From positions 1 to 56,135 of the IMG/VR virus record IMGVR_UViG_3300045988_130618: 56,135 nucleotides of DNA. The stretch is one strand, 5' to 3'. The stretch comes from a virus. The position numbers and the translations under genes are program-made. Each line of letters opens with the position of its first letter. Position 1 is the first letter of the stretch. A model generated the notes under the pieces. It made no database searches, was not told the DNA's origin, and saw only the letters and a list, made by a program, of their open reading frames with translations. Below are positions 7,941-15,945 of this stretch, piece by piece.

Positions 7941-8516
7941 TTATTGACTTAAACTCATTAACGAATAAGCTTCTTTTCTTAATTCTACATTATATTTAAA
8001 CTGACCTCTTATGGTAGCAGTTCTTGTCTTAGCACCTCTACTCTTGATACCTCTAGCCGTCATACAGCTATGTTCACCTTCTACAACTACTAACACATCT
8101 TCAGAACCTGTAGCTATCTGTATGATTTCAGCAATATCTGAACCTATCCTCTCCTGAAGCTGTAAACGCTTTCCAACCATATCTGCAATACGAGCAAATT
8201 TACTTAATCCTAATACTTTTCCATTAGGTATATATGCAATAGAAACTGTCATATTGTACATAAGCGCCATATGATGTTCACAATAACTGAAAATAGGTAT
8301 ATCCTGTACCACAACAAGGTCATCATTGTCTGTGTCAAAACATTTACAGAATTTTTCTGCTATTTCCTGATTTGTGTAATTCATTCCTTCAAATACTTCT
8401 TCATACATCTTAGCTACTCGCTTAGGTGTTTCTTTTAAGCCTTCTCTATATGGATTATCACCAAGAGCTTCTAATATTTCTCTAACTGCTTTTTCAATTT
8501 TTTCCTTATCAATCAT
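7941..8516 (-). CDS. folE: GTP cyclohydrolase I (FolE)
   Basis: [50 protein letters not shown] signatures; 191 aa. Confidence 0.9.
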   Translation of the reverse strand: MIDKEKIEKAVREILEALGDNPYREGLKETPKRVAKMYEEVFEGMNYTNQEIAEKFCKCFDTDNDDLVVVQDIPIFSYCEHHMALMYNMTVSIAYIPNGKVLGLSKFARIADMVGKRLQLQERIGSDIAEIIQIATGSEDVLVVVEGEHSCMTARGIKSRGAKTRTATIRGQFKYNVELRKEAYSLMSLSQ

Positions 8517-8519
8517 TTT

Positions 8520-9155
8520 TTAAACTCCTCTCTTATTTGGATTCCATATAATCTTGTGTAACTGTACCTGTACACGGCAATTATTCATATGATGTTCCAA
8601 CATATAATTAACAATTTCTTCAGGTGTTATTTTTCCAAATACTGGACTAATAAACACTTGAGCTTTTGTTTCTGCAGACAACTTATAACAAACATCTAAA
8701 TCTTCTTTTGTACCAACAACGAACTTGATAACATCTGTAGGTCTTAAATAATCTATGTTATCTAATAACATCTTATCTTCCTGACCACTGGAAGGACACT
8801 TATAATCCATAGTGATGATAATATCAGAAAAAGTATAAGGTTCCACATTAATAGAACCATTTGTTTCTATATTGACTTCATATCCTTTATTTGTTAAATC
8901 CAATAAAAGTTCAAAAACACCTGGATGGATTAAGGGTTCTCCACCTGTGAGCGTTATTTTAGAACAACGAAATCCTTCTACCTTTTCTACAATTTCTTCA
9001 GCTGTCATTTCTGTATAATCGTTTCCTTCATACCCATAAGGTGTATCACAATATGAACATCTAAGGTTACATCCATATAAACGAATGAAGGTGGCAGGAA
9101 ATCCTGCCCTTATACCTTCTCCTTCTATGCTGTTAAATATTTCTACTACTTTCAT
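8520..9155 (-). CDS. queE: 7-carboxy-7-deazaguanine synthase (QueE, radical SAM)
   Basis: EIFNSIEGEG..FIRLYGCNLRCSYCDTPY is a QueE-type N-terminus with a CxxxCxxC cluster; 211 aa. Confidence 0.85.
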   Translation of the reverse strand: MKVVEIFNSIEGEGIRAGFPATFIRLYGCNLRCSYCDTPYGYEGNDYTEMTAEEIVEKVEGFRCSKITLTGGEPLIHPGVFELLLDLTNKGYEVNIETNGSINVEPYTFSDIIITMDYKCPSSGQEDKMLLDNIDYLRPTDVIKFVVGTKEDLDVCYKLSAETKAQVFISPVFGKITPEEIVNYMLEHHMNNCRVQVQLHKIIWNPNKRGV

Positions 9156-9521
9156 TTAATCCTCCTTGACACTAAATTCATATATAGCTATATTACCTTC
9201 GCTTTCCTGCACTTCAACCTTATAACAGTAGGTATCAATAGGACATATCTTATCAACCTCATCACATATCCATCTAGCTATATTCTCAGCCGTAGGATTA
9301 AAATCTACAACATCATTAATATACTTGTGGTCTAACTTATCCTGAACAAATTCTTTAATATGTTTAAAATCTACTAACATTCCATAATCTGTGAGCTTCT
9401 TGCCTTTGCAATGAACAGTTATTATCCAATTATGTCCATGTAAATTTGAACACTTACTGTCATAAGGTAACTTTAACTGATGGGCTCCTGCTATTTCCAT
9501 TCTTTTTGATACATAATACAT
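9156..9521 (-). CDS. queD: 6-carboxy-5,6,7,8-tetrahydropterin synthase (QueD)
   Basis: AGAHQL...KCSNLHGHNWIITV is the QueD/PTPS zinc-binding signature; 121 aa. Confidence 0.85.
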   Translation of the reverse strand: MYYVSKRMEIAGAHQLKLPYDSKCSNLHGHNWIITVHCKGKKLTDYGMLVDFKHIKEFVQDKLDHKYINDVVDFNPTAENIARWICDEVDKICPIDTYCYKVEVQESEGNIAIYEFSVKED

Positions 9522-9524
9522 AAA

Positions 9525-10115
9525 TTAATCCTCCTTCAAAGTATTTTTTGTTTGTAACATTAAACTTATTTTTTCAATAAAATCAATATCATAAGATATA
9601 TCAATTCTGGCTGGAAGATAATATTTATATCCGTCCTGATGAAAAAGTGTATTTGTTAAATCTAATCCTTCTAAAGATTTAAAATAACAAACAATCTTTT
9701 TCTTTTGTGGATATACTTCTGCTAAAGGCTTATTATTAGAATCCATTATTTTATAAGAATTATTAGACTCATAGAACTTAGCTTTTAATTCCTTAAGATA
9801 TGAACATAATTTTATAATTTCATTTTCGTGTGAAGAATTTTTCACTTTCTTAGTCTTAACAGATTTCTTATCATCCGTCTTTGCTGTTGTAATAATGTTA
9901 GGTTCAGTTACTTTCTCTACAGTAGATTCCTGAGGTATAATGGTCTGTTCTTCTTCTATTTTCTTCCACCATCTTTTCAACGTACTATGAGTGATAGAAA
10001 CTGTCTTACCTTTCTTTTCTCCATTAAGATATTCTACCATTACAGTATTTTCATTTGAATACTGTTCATCTACCTTAATTCTTGTTTCATTGTCCCTTCT
10101 TGATAAATAATACAT
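9525..10115 (-). CDS. Hypothetical Lys-rich protein embedded in the deazaguanine island
   Basis: 196-aa ORF immediately downstream of promoter P3; no enzymatic motif recognised. Confidence 0.6.
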   Translation of the reverse strand: MYYLSRRDNETRIKVDEQYSNENTVMVEYLNGEKKGKTVSITHSTLKRWWKKIEEEQTIIPQESTVEKVTEPNIITTAKTDDKKSVKTKKVKNSSHENEIIKLCSYLKELKAKFYESNNSYKIMDSNNKPLAEVYPQKKKIVCYFKSLEGLDLTNTLFHQDGYKYYLPARIDISYDIDFIEKISLMLQTKNTLKED

Positions 10116-10165
10116 AATATTAATCCTCCTTTTATTTTGTATATGTTATCTCTTAACTTGTTTAT

Positions 10166-10193
10166 ATTGTAACACATACAAGATAAAAGTCAA
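10166..10193 (-). promoter_or_regulatory. SigmaA-type promoter P3 (TTGACT-N16-TACAAT)
   Basis: Minus strand reads TTGACTtttatcttgtatgtgtTACAAT, followed by ATAAACAAGTTAAGAG. Confidence 0.65.
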
Positions 10194-10199
10194 CCCTTT

Positions 10200-11048
10200 T
10201 TAGAAAAGTTTTTTAGATTTTTTCTTAACTATGAATAATATTTCATCTGATTCCTTTGGATATGGAATGCTTACAATAGAACTTAACCAAGCACTAGGCA
10301 TATATAAAGACATTTTATTATAAAAATCTTTCATATCTTTTGAAACTTTATCACTAGAGAAAAATTCTTTCATTTTCTTTACTTTCATAACCAACCCAAC
10401 TTCATTGATTATTTCAAACCCAAGTTCATCAAGTTTTTCTTTTAATTCATCATAACCCCATTCATAAACGTGTGCGGCATATTGTGTTTCATAACCATTT
10501 CCAGGAGTATTTGGACAACTAAGAAACATAATAGAATCTTTATTCATAATTTTATGACACTCTATAAGACTTTGTGTTCCAACATCTTTATGCATATGTT
10601 CCAATGCAGATGTATAAATAACCAAATCAGCAAAACCTTTCTCTATATGATTAGACATTTCTGCTACATTTGAAAGTATCCAATCTGTCTTAAATGGATA
10701 ATATTCTTCTAAGTCTTCTTCCTTTAATACTTTTGCACTAGCACCTCTTTTAGCTTCTCTTATATTAGTTTCACAAATATCAACTCCTGTATAACTGTTA
10801 ATATTTTTAGCATAATATCTAAGAAGAGGTAATACCAAGGACCTACCACAACAAACATCTACAACATTCATATCTTTTTTTGCCATCAACGCAACTGCGT
10901 GGTGTTGAATATAATTCATAACATCCAAATTAGTAAAAAATCCATCTCTAAACTGAGTATAAAAATTTCTCATTTGATAAGTAGTACATAATACATCCTG
11001 AGGGTCCATACCTTCTTCAATTTTATGCACGATTTTCTTTTCTTCCAT
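10200..11048 (-). CDS. Class I SAM-dependent methyltransferase (small-molecule type)
   Basis: Motif I VVDVCCGRS, post-I YTGVDIC, DLVIYTSALEHM. No DPPY/NPPY or PCQ DNA-methyltransferase motifs seen. Confidence 0.7.
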   Translation of the reverse strand: MEEKKIVHKIEEGMDPQDVLCTTYQMRNFYTQFRDGFFTNLDVMNYIQHHAVALMAKKDMNVVDVCCGRSLVLPLLRYYAKNINSYTGVDICETNIREAKRGASAKVLKEEDLEEYYPFKTDWILSNVAEMSNHIEKGFADLVIYTSALEHMHKDVGTQSLIECHKIMNKDSIMFLSCPNTPGNGYETQYAAHVYEWGYDELKEKLDELGFEIINEVGLVMKVKKMKEFFSSDKVSKDMKDFYNKMSLYMPSAWLSSIVSIPYPKESDEILFIVKKKSKKLF

Positions 11049-11059
11049 TTTAAATCCTC

Positions 11060-11965
11060 CTAAAATAATTTTTTTCTATTGATACTGGAACCTTTATAAA
11101 CATAGTTATCTGCCCAATTTTTTAAATATATTAAGTTTGCTAACATTCTATATTTATAATCTGTTCTAACTAATTCTAACTCAATTCCAATACTTTGTAA
11201 ATACTTTTTTAATTGTTTTTCACCTAAATTATTAGATATATGATTTTTAAGATGTTGTTGTGAATCACTAACAGTTACTAATCCAAAAGGAGTTAATATA
11301 TTTCCATTAGCACCTATCATTATCCAACTTGTACTGTCTGCTGATGTAAATGGATATCTTTCCAATAATTTTAAAGACGTCATACCGAAAGCATGTGTTT
11401 TAACCTGTGGATTAGAACTTTTTTTAATTATAGTAAAACATTTATCAAACCAAATTTCTTTTTCTTTTGTTGAAGAATCAGTAGTTGCTGCTAAACCTAT
11501 ATATGGTATATGTTTTCCGTTAAAAGTTGTTTCTAACATTTGATGTAGATATTTCCAATCTTCCCTCCTATGAAAGATTGGTAATAATTTATCCGGACTC
11601 TTAACACGTTCCCTCATATAACAATAATTCTTCCAACTTAACTCTGGAGCTTCTAATATTTGTTCTTTTGTTTTAGGTTGTCCATAAATTCCAGGAATTT
11701 TATCAACTTGTGCAAATATGGTTAAATGTTCATCAATACTATTAATATATTCAATATATTCATTAACATCTAATTCAATATTTCGGGTATATACAGTATA
11801 AGCTCCTGAATCTATAAATAATTTTCCATGTACTTCCTCTTGACACCAACGAGAGATATTTTTACGGTCATTAACTTGTGACTGAAGTCTACATAAATTA
11901 TTTTTCAACATAAAAGATTCACAGTCTTCATTTTGTGTGCCAGCAAAATATAAATCAAAACTCAT
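11060..11965 (-). CDS. dpdA: DpdA-like (tRNA-guanine transglycosylase superfamily) DNA 7-deazaguanine transglycosylase candidate
   Basis: GKLFIDSGAYTVY motif typical of phage DpdA-type proteins. 301 aa. Sits next to folE/queD/queE and polA. Confidence 0.6.
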   Translation of the reverse strand: MSFDLYFAGTQNEDCESFMLKNNLCRLQSQVNDRKNISRWCQEEVHGKLFIDSGAYTVYTRNIELDVNEYIEYINSIDEHLTIFAQVDKIPGIYGQPKTKEQILEAPELSWKNYCYMRERVKSPDKLLPIFHRREDWKYLHQMLETTFNGKHIPYIGLAATTDSSTKEKEIWFDKCFTIIKKSSNPQVKTHAFGMTSLKLLERYPFTSADSTSWIMIGANGNILTPFGLVTVSDSQQHLKNHISNNLGEKQLKKYLQSIGIELELVRTDYKYRMLANLIYLKNWADNYVYKGSSINRKKLF

Positions 11966-14227
11966 TTATTCTACCTCAATACTTTCTCCGTACCAATTAT
12001 AAGAAACTTCACAATCACATTTAAAAGGTAATTCTATTAAATGTGATGGAGCCATCCTCATAAGATAGGATAATCTTTCTTTAACTTCTTTAGCGTTTTC
12101 TTTTGGACATTCCCCAATAACTTCATCATGAACACATATAAGTAAATGGAAATCAAGCTCTTTCATTCTTTCGTCATTATTAATGGAAATCATTGCTAAT
12201 TTTGCCATATCCGCGGCAGAACCTTGTACTCTCGCATTTACACATTGTCTTTCAGCTTGTGCTATAAATCCACCATTATCTTTAATCTTAATTCCTTGAG
12301 TTAAGGCACTTTGAATTATATCATTTTTCTTTTTCCATCCAAAAGCCTTTTGAAGTTGTTTGATGTAGTTGTCTTTCACTTTCTTAGGAACTTCTGTAGA
12401 TACCTCACTTCCAAATGCTAGTGGGTCAAAGTTAGTTACTTTTCCACTATAACTGAATTCATAAGGTTCTAACAACATATCTTTTAGATGTCTACGCCTT
12501 CCCCAAGCTGTTGTTACATAACCTTTAGTTCTTGCCATATTCTGTGAATCTTTAATAAACTGTGCTAATTCAGGAAAGGCTTTAAGAACAGCATCATATA
12601 TACCTTGTGCCTCTTTTGTAGATACTCCTAGTTGTTCACCTATAGAAGGAATCTGTCTTCCATATAAAATACCTAATACAATACTTTTAGCTTGTGTTCT
12701 TCTTTCCTTACCTGCCAAATTAACTGTTCCATCTGGTCTAAACTCTTTACATTCTTCATAAGGTTTATGAAAAGCTAAAGAAGCTATTGTGGCATATATA
12801 TCTTTACCATTCATAAAAGCTTCCTTCATTTTTCTATCTTTAGAAAGATGTGCTGTAACCATTGGCTCTTGCTGACTATAATCTCCACCTATAAGTACAT
12901 ACCCATCTTGAGCTTTAAACATCTGTCTAATCTCTTTGTTGTGTGAAGGGATATTCTGGAGATTCGGGTCTTGTGAACTGAATCTTCCTGTTTTTGCTCC
13001 ATACTGATTATAGCTTGCATGTACTCTTCCATCAGACAATGCAATTTCAGGCATTTTATCAATGTAAGTTCCTAACAGCTTATCAACATTTCTCATTCCC
13101 AAGATAGCCTCACAGATATTCTTTTCCTTGCCTTGTGCAAAATGTTTTAAAATATCTTCACCTGTTCCTCTAGGTGCTTTTTTATCCGGACTTTCCAATC
13201 CTAATATATCATAGAATAATATTGCAAGCTGAGTTGGGCTTGATAATGATATAGGGTCTGACAACTTATTATCCGGATGTTTCATCTTGTAATTATCAAT
13301 TTCATCCTTATACATTGCTATTGCTTCATCAGCCTGCTTTTGTCTTTCTTCTCTTAACTTATGATATTTTTCGTGTAAATTACTACATATATCAAAGTCA
13401 AGACATACACCTCTATCTTCCATATCTGCTACAACTGAAATCAAAGGCATTTCAATATTCCAAAATACATTATAAGGTCCAGCTAATACTCTTCTATTAA
13501 GAATTGTTTGTTGATATTTATACAATTCATAGGTCTTTATAGCATCACCTGCCGCATATAAATATCCTGTTGAGATTGGAATATTATCAAAAGTAACTCC
13601 TTTAAATAAACTATCAAATGTCAAAGATTCTGTATCTTTGCTATTACAGTATTTAAGATGCAAGTCTTTCAGTCTGTGACTTTCTTCTTCATCTATACAA
13701 TATGCCGCTAACATTGTATCCCAATAAGGCTTGAAATCAATTCCAAGTGTCTTTCTACATACACGTATATCATACTTTGCATTATGAAAAATCCATCTAA
13801 TATCCTTATGAAACTCTTTCATAATCTTTGAAACAGTTTCTTCGTTCATCTGTTCCTTTGTTCTTGCACCTGTGATATATGATTTATGATTGATTGGAAT
13901 ATATGCCGCTTTCTGTCCTGGAGTATAAATACATCCACCAACTATATCTACAAGTAATGGATTTAATGCATTTGTTTCTGTATCTAATGCACCCTCCCCA
14001 ACTTGCTTCATCTCTTTCATATATTCATATAACTGGTCAGGTTCTCTAATAAGAATATAATCATCTTTATGTATTGCTAATTTCTGATTGGCAATAGCAA
14101 CTATAGATTGTATTTGAGCGGCTAGATTATTTCCGCCGCCCCTAATACTTGTTCTTGTTGTTATTGTTTTGGATTTTTTGATTATATTCTTATCATTGCT
14201 TTTTGGTCTTGCAAATGATAATGCCAT
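11966..14227 (-). CDS. polA: Family A DNA polymerase (Pol I-like) with a 3'-5' exonuclease domain
   Basis: Exo I ALDTETNAL; motif A GGDYSQQEP; motif B RRTQAKSIVLGILYG; motif C CVHDEV; 753 aa. Confidence 0.95.
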   Translation of the reverse strand: MALSFARPKSNDKNIIKKSKTITTRTSIRGGGNNLAAQIQSIVAIANQKLAIHKDDYILIREPDQLYEYMKEMKQVGEGALDTETNALNPLLVDIVGGCIYTPGQKAAYIPINHKSYITGARTKEQMNEETVSKIMKEFHKDIRWIFHNAKYDIRVCRKTLGIDFKPYWDTMLAAYCIDEEESHRLKDLHLKYCNSKDTESLTFDSLFKGVTFDNIPISTGYLYAAGDAIKTYELYKYQQTILNRRVLAGPYNVFWNIEMPLISVVADMEDRGVCLDFDICSNLHEKYHKLREERQKQADEAIAMYKDEIDNYKMKHPDNKLSDPISLSSPTQLAILFYDILGLESPDKKAPRGTGEDILKHFAQGKEKNICEAILGMRNVDKLLGTYIDKMPEIALSDGRVHASYNQYGAKTGRFSSQDPNLQNIPSHNKEIRQMFKAQDGYVLIGGDYSQQEPMVTAHLSKDRKMKEAFMNGKDIYATIASLAFHKPYEECKEFRPDGTVNLAGKERRTQAKSIVLGILYGRQIPSIGEQLGVSTKEAQGIYDAVLKAFPELAQFIKDSQNMARTKGYVTTAWGRRRHLKDMLLEPYEFSYSGKVTNFDPLAFGSEVSTEVPKKVKDNYIKQLQKAFGWKKKNDIIQSALTQGIKIKDNGGFIAQAERQCVNARVQGSAADMAKLAMISINNDERMKELDFHLLICVHDEVIGECPKENAKEVKERLSYLMRMAPSHLIELPFKCDCEVSYNWYGESIEVE

Positions 14228-14236
14228 ATAATCCTC

Positions 14237-14548
14237 CTACTTATGATAGTCTTCAATTACATCTATTCCGTATGCAACGGCACACTGATTTTCAATCTTA
14301 CAACCTCTATAATTTTCCCAACCATTAGCAAAGTATGCAATGTCGGCGGTTGAAAGTAATTCCAAAGACTTACCCAGAAACCACAATGGCTTTGCATCAT
14401 GTGGTGCATTTTCAAAGAAAGAGTCAATTACTTCTATATCCTCGTCTGGGTATACTTCCTTTACTCTTTGTATAATTTTATTTCTTTCAAGCTTAATTTC
14501 ATCGTTTGTCTTGTCTTTCATCGGCTGACTTATAAATAATTTTTTCAT
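14237..14548 (-). CDS. DUF4406 / nucleoside 2-deoxyribosyltransferase-superfamily-like protein
   Basis: LFISQPMKDKTNDEI and ADIAYFANGWENYRGCKIENQCAVAYGIDVI fit the DUF4406 pattern (IaGPM...cD..v.l.gW..S.G...E...A...g..v). Confidence 0.4.
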   Translation of the reverse strand: MKKLFISQPMKDKTNDEIKLERNKIIQRVKEVYPDEDIEVIDSFFENAPHDAKPLWFLGKSLELLSTADIAYFANGWENYRGCKIENQCAVAYGIDVIEDYHK

Positions 14549-14549
14549 C

Positions 14550-15227
14550 TTACATACCTGCCCTTCTGCTTGTTGCTCTACTTGCTCCTCTTCTTGATGA
14601 AAGTGGTTCAGTGTTTCTGCGTCTTACCTGCGTATTATCCTCATTATCATTATTATCTACATCTGGAAAACTTCCTGTATCAAGATACTCCTGCATTTCC
14701 TCAGCTGACTTATCCATAATATAACCACCTAAAAATTCTGGCTTTTCAAAATTACTGATATCAATAGGCTTTGCTGGGGATACCTGTATATCATACTTGG
14801 TTTTCTTATCACCTTTCTTACCATTACGAATAATATCTACTGGTTGCATACGCATATCTCCCCAGCGATTTACAAGATTCTTAATCTTAGGAATGAATGT
14901 CTTTCCTCTGTTCCATATCTTAATCTTTGCATCCTGCTGGTCAACCATAGCCAACATCATTACGACCTGTGTCTTTAATCCTGCGGCACACATAGGGCAT
15001 ACATCAAGTGGGTCATCATAGTTTCTCAGACAATTTACAAATCTTGTCTTATCATTTCCATCATCCCACTTGCCAACAATAGCCTGATGACAAGCATAAA
15101 TATCAACATCTTCCATATCAGATACAAGAAGCTGTGCTGTTACCATATCACCATCATTCTCAAGTTTTAAAAATTCACTGTCTGAACCTCCGTACTTGTC
15201 TACATCATCATAGTTAATTCTTCCCAT
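14550..15227 (-). CDS. gp32-like single-stranded DNA-binding protein
   Basis: FLKLENDGD..., then H48...C66...CPMC gives a His + 3 Cys zinc motif in the same order as T4 gp32. Lies directly next to the polymerase. Confidence 0.55.
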   Translation of the reverse strand: MGRINYDDVDKYGGSDSEFLKLENDGDMVTAQLLVSDMEDVDIYACHQAIVGKWDDGNDKTRFVNCLRNYDDPLDVCPMCAAGLKTQVVMMLAMVDQQDAKIKIWNRGKTFIPKIKNLVNRWGDMRMQPVDIIRNGKKGDKKTKYDIQVSPAKPIDISNFEKPEFLGGYIMDKSAEEMQEYLDTGSFPDVDNNDNEDNTQVRRRNTEPLSSRRGASRATSRRAGM

Positions 15228-15291
15228 ACTTTTTTCCTTTCTTAATTGTTTTAGTGTTTTTAGTTTCTTATAAGATTTAATATCTTATAAT

Positions 15292-15360
15292 CTGGAGTAG
15301 TAGGAATCGAACCTACACCTTGTCAGCTGGTCACGCACTCGCCATCTATACTATACTCCA
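15292..15360 (-). tRNA. tRNA-like gene with a non-canonical anticodon arm; identity undetermined
   Basis: Perfect 7-bp acceptor TGGAGTA/TACTCCA; T-arm GTAGG-TTCGATT-CCTAC; D-loop with GG. The anticodon region pairs only as ACC/GGT around a 9-nt loop AGCTGACAA. Confidence 0.45.
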
Positions 15361-15521
15361 AGTATTTAACAGTATTCCCAGCTTTATTCCTGTCACTATC
15401 CCAATCACCGCATTTTGCTATATCAGGTGCTTTACTTCTTTTTGACTGCCAGGATAGAAATTTAATTAAGGATGAAAACCTAACAAAATCATTCTATTTT
15501 ACCATTCGGGGAAATGGTAAA

Positions 15522-15593
15522 CAGCCCTTGTTGGATTCGAACCAACGAATGCAGGAATCAAAATCCTGTGCCTTACCACTTGGTGAAAAGGCT
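15522..15593 (-). tRNA. tRNA-Gln (anticodon UUG)
   Basis: Acceptor AGCCTTT/AAGGGCT; anticodon stem CAGGA/TCCTG with loop TTTTGAT; T-arm GTTGG-TTCGAAT-CCAAC. Very similar to bacterial tRNA-Gln. No CCA is encoded. Confidence 0.9.
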
Positions 15594-15650
15594 ATAATAT
15601 ATCAATACTACATTCACCTCAACCTACCTCAATTCCTCGTATTGATATAT

Positions 15651-15679
15651 TAGTGTTTTATGTGTTATCGCTTCACATT
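15651..15679 (-). repeat. Conserved 29-nt element, copy 1 (the second copy is at 50591-50619)
   Basis: tagtgttttaTgtgttatcgcttcacatt versus tagtgttttaAgtgttatcgcttcacatt: 28/29 identical. Confidence 0.85.
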
Positions 15680-15701
15680 GATTTTTATATTCATTTGTAT
15701 A

Positions 15702-15863
15702 TCATTTCTTATAAGCGTATAATGTACAACCAGTTCCTTTCAGATTATTGGCTTTTAACCAATCCATAGCTTTTTTCTGACTTGTAAATCCATCTGCAAT
15801 AACCTTATTATCGGAAACCCACTTATATAAATGCCTACTTCTTGATAATATTGTATCATACAT
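15702..15863 (-). CDS. Small hypothetical protein (53 aa, not in the ORF track)
   Basis: ATG at 15863 follows a GGTGA RBS, downstream of promoter P4. Translation starts MYDTILSRSRHLYKWVSDNKVIADGF; TGA stop at 15702. Confidence 0.5.
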   Translation of the reverse strand: MYDTILSRSRHLYKWVSDNKVIADGFTSQKKAMDWLKANNLKGTGCTLYAYKK

Positions 15864-15909
15864 ATCAATCACCTTTTACCTTTCTATGTATTTCTTAACT
15901 TGTAGCTAT

Positions 15910-15938
15910 ATTGTAATACATAAAAGTAAAAATGTCAA
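15910..15938 (-). promoter_or_regulatory. SigmaA-type promoter P4 (TTGACA-N17-TACAAT)
   Basis: Minus strand reads TTGACAtttttacttttatgtatTACAAT, followed by ATAGCTACAAGTTAAGAAATAC. Confidence 0.75.
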
Positions 15939-15945
15939 TAGTTTT

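Noticed and set aside
15292-15360. The tRNA-like element as attP of a temperate phage
   Set aside because: I could not find an integrase, excisionase/repressor pair or other lysogeny module anywhere in the genome. The idea is kept only as a minor alternative in the corresponding finding.
15292-15593. Suppressor tRNA and stop-codon reassignment
   Set aside because: The clear tRNA is a standard Gln(UUG). The odd tRNA-like gene contains no CUA, UCA or UUA anticodon candidate in a plausible loop. All long ORFs are uninterrupted under the standard code.
15651-15679. The 29-nt conserved element as a CcpA cre site or CRP-like site (TGTGAAGCGATAACA)
   Set aside because: It resembles TGTAAGCGCTTACA only if one base is deleted. 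In register it fails the WTGNAANCGNWNNCW consensus, and the second half-site does not match TCACA.
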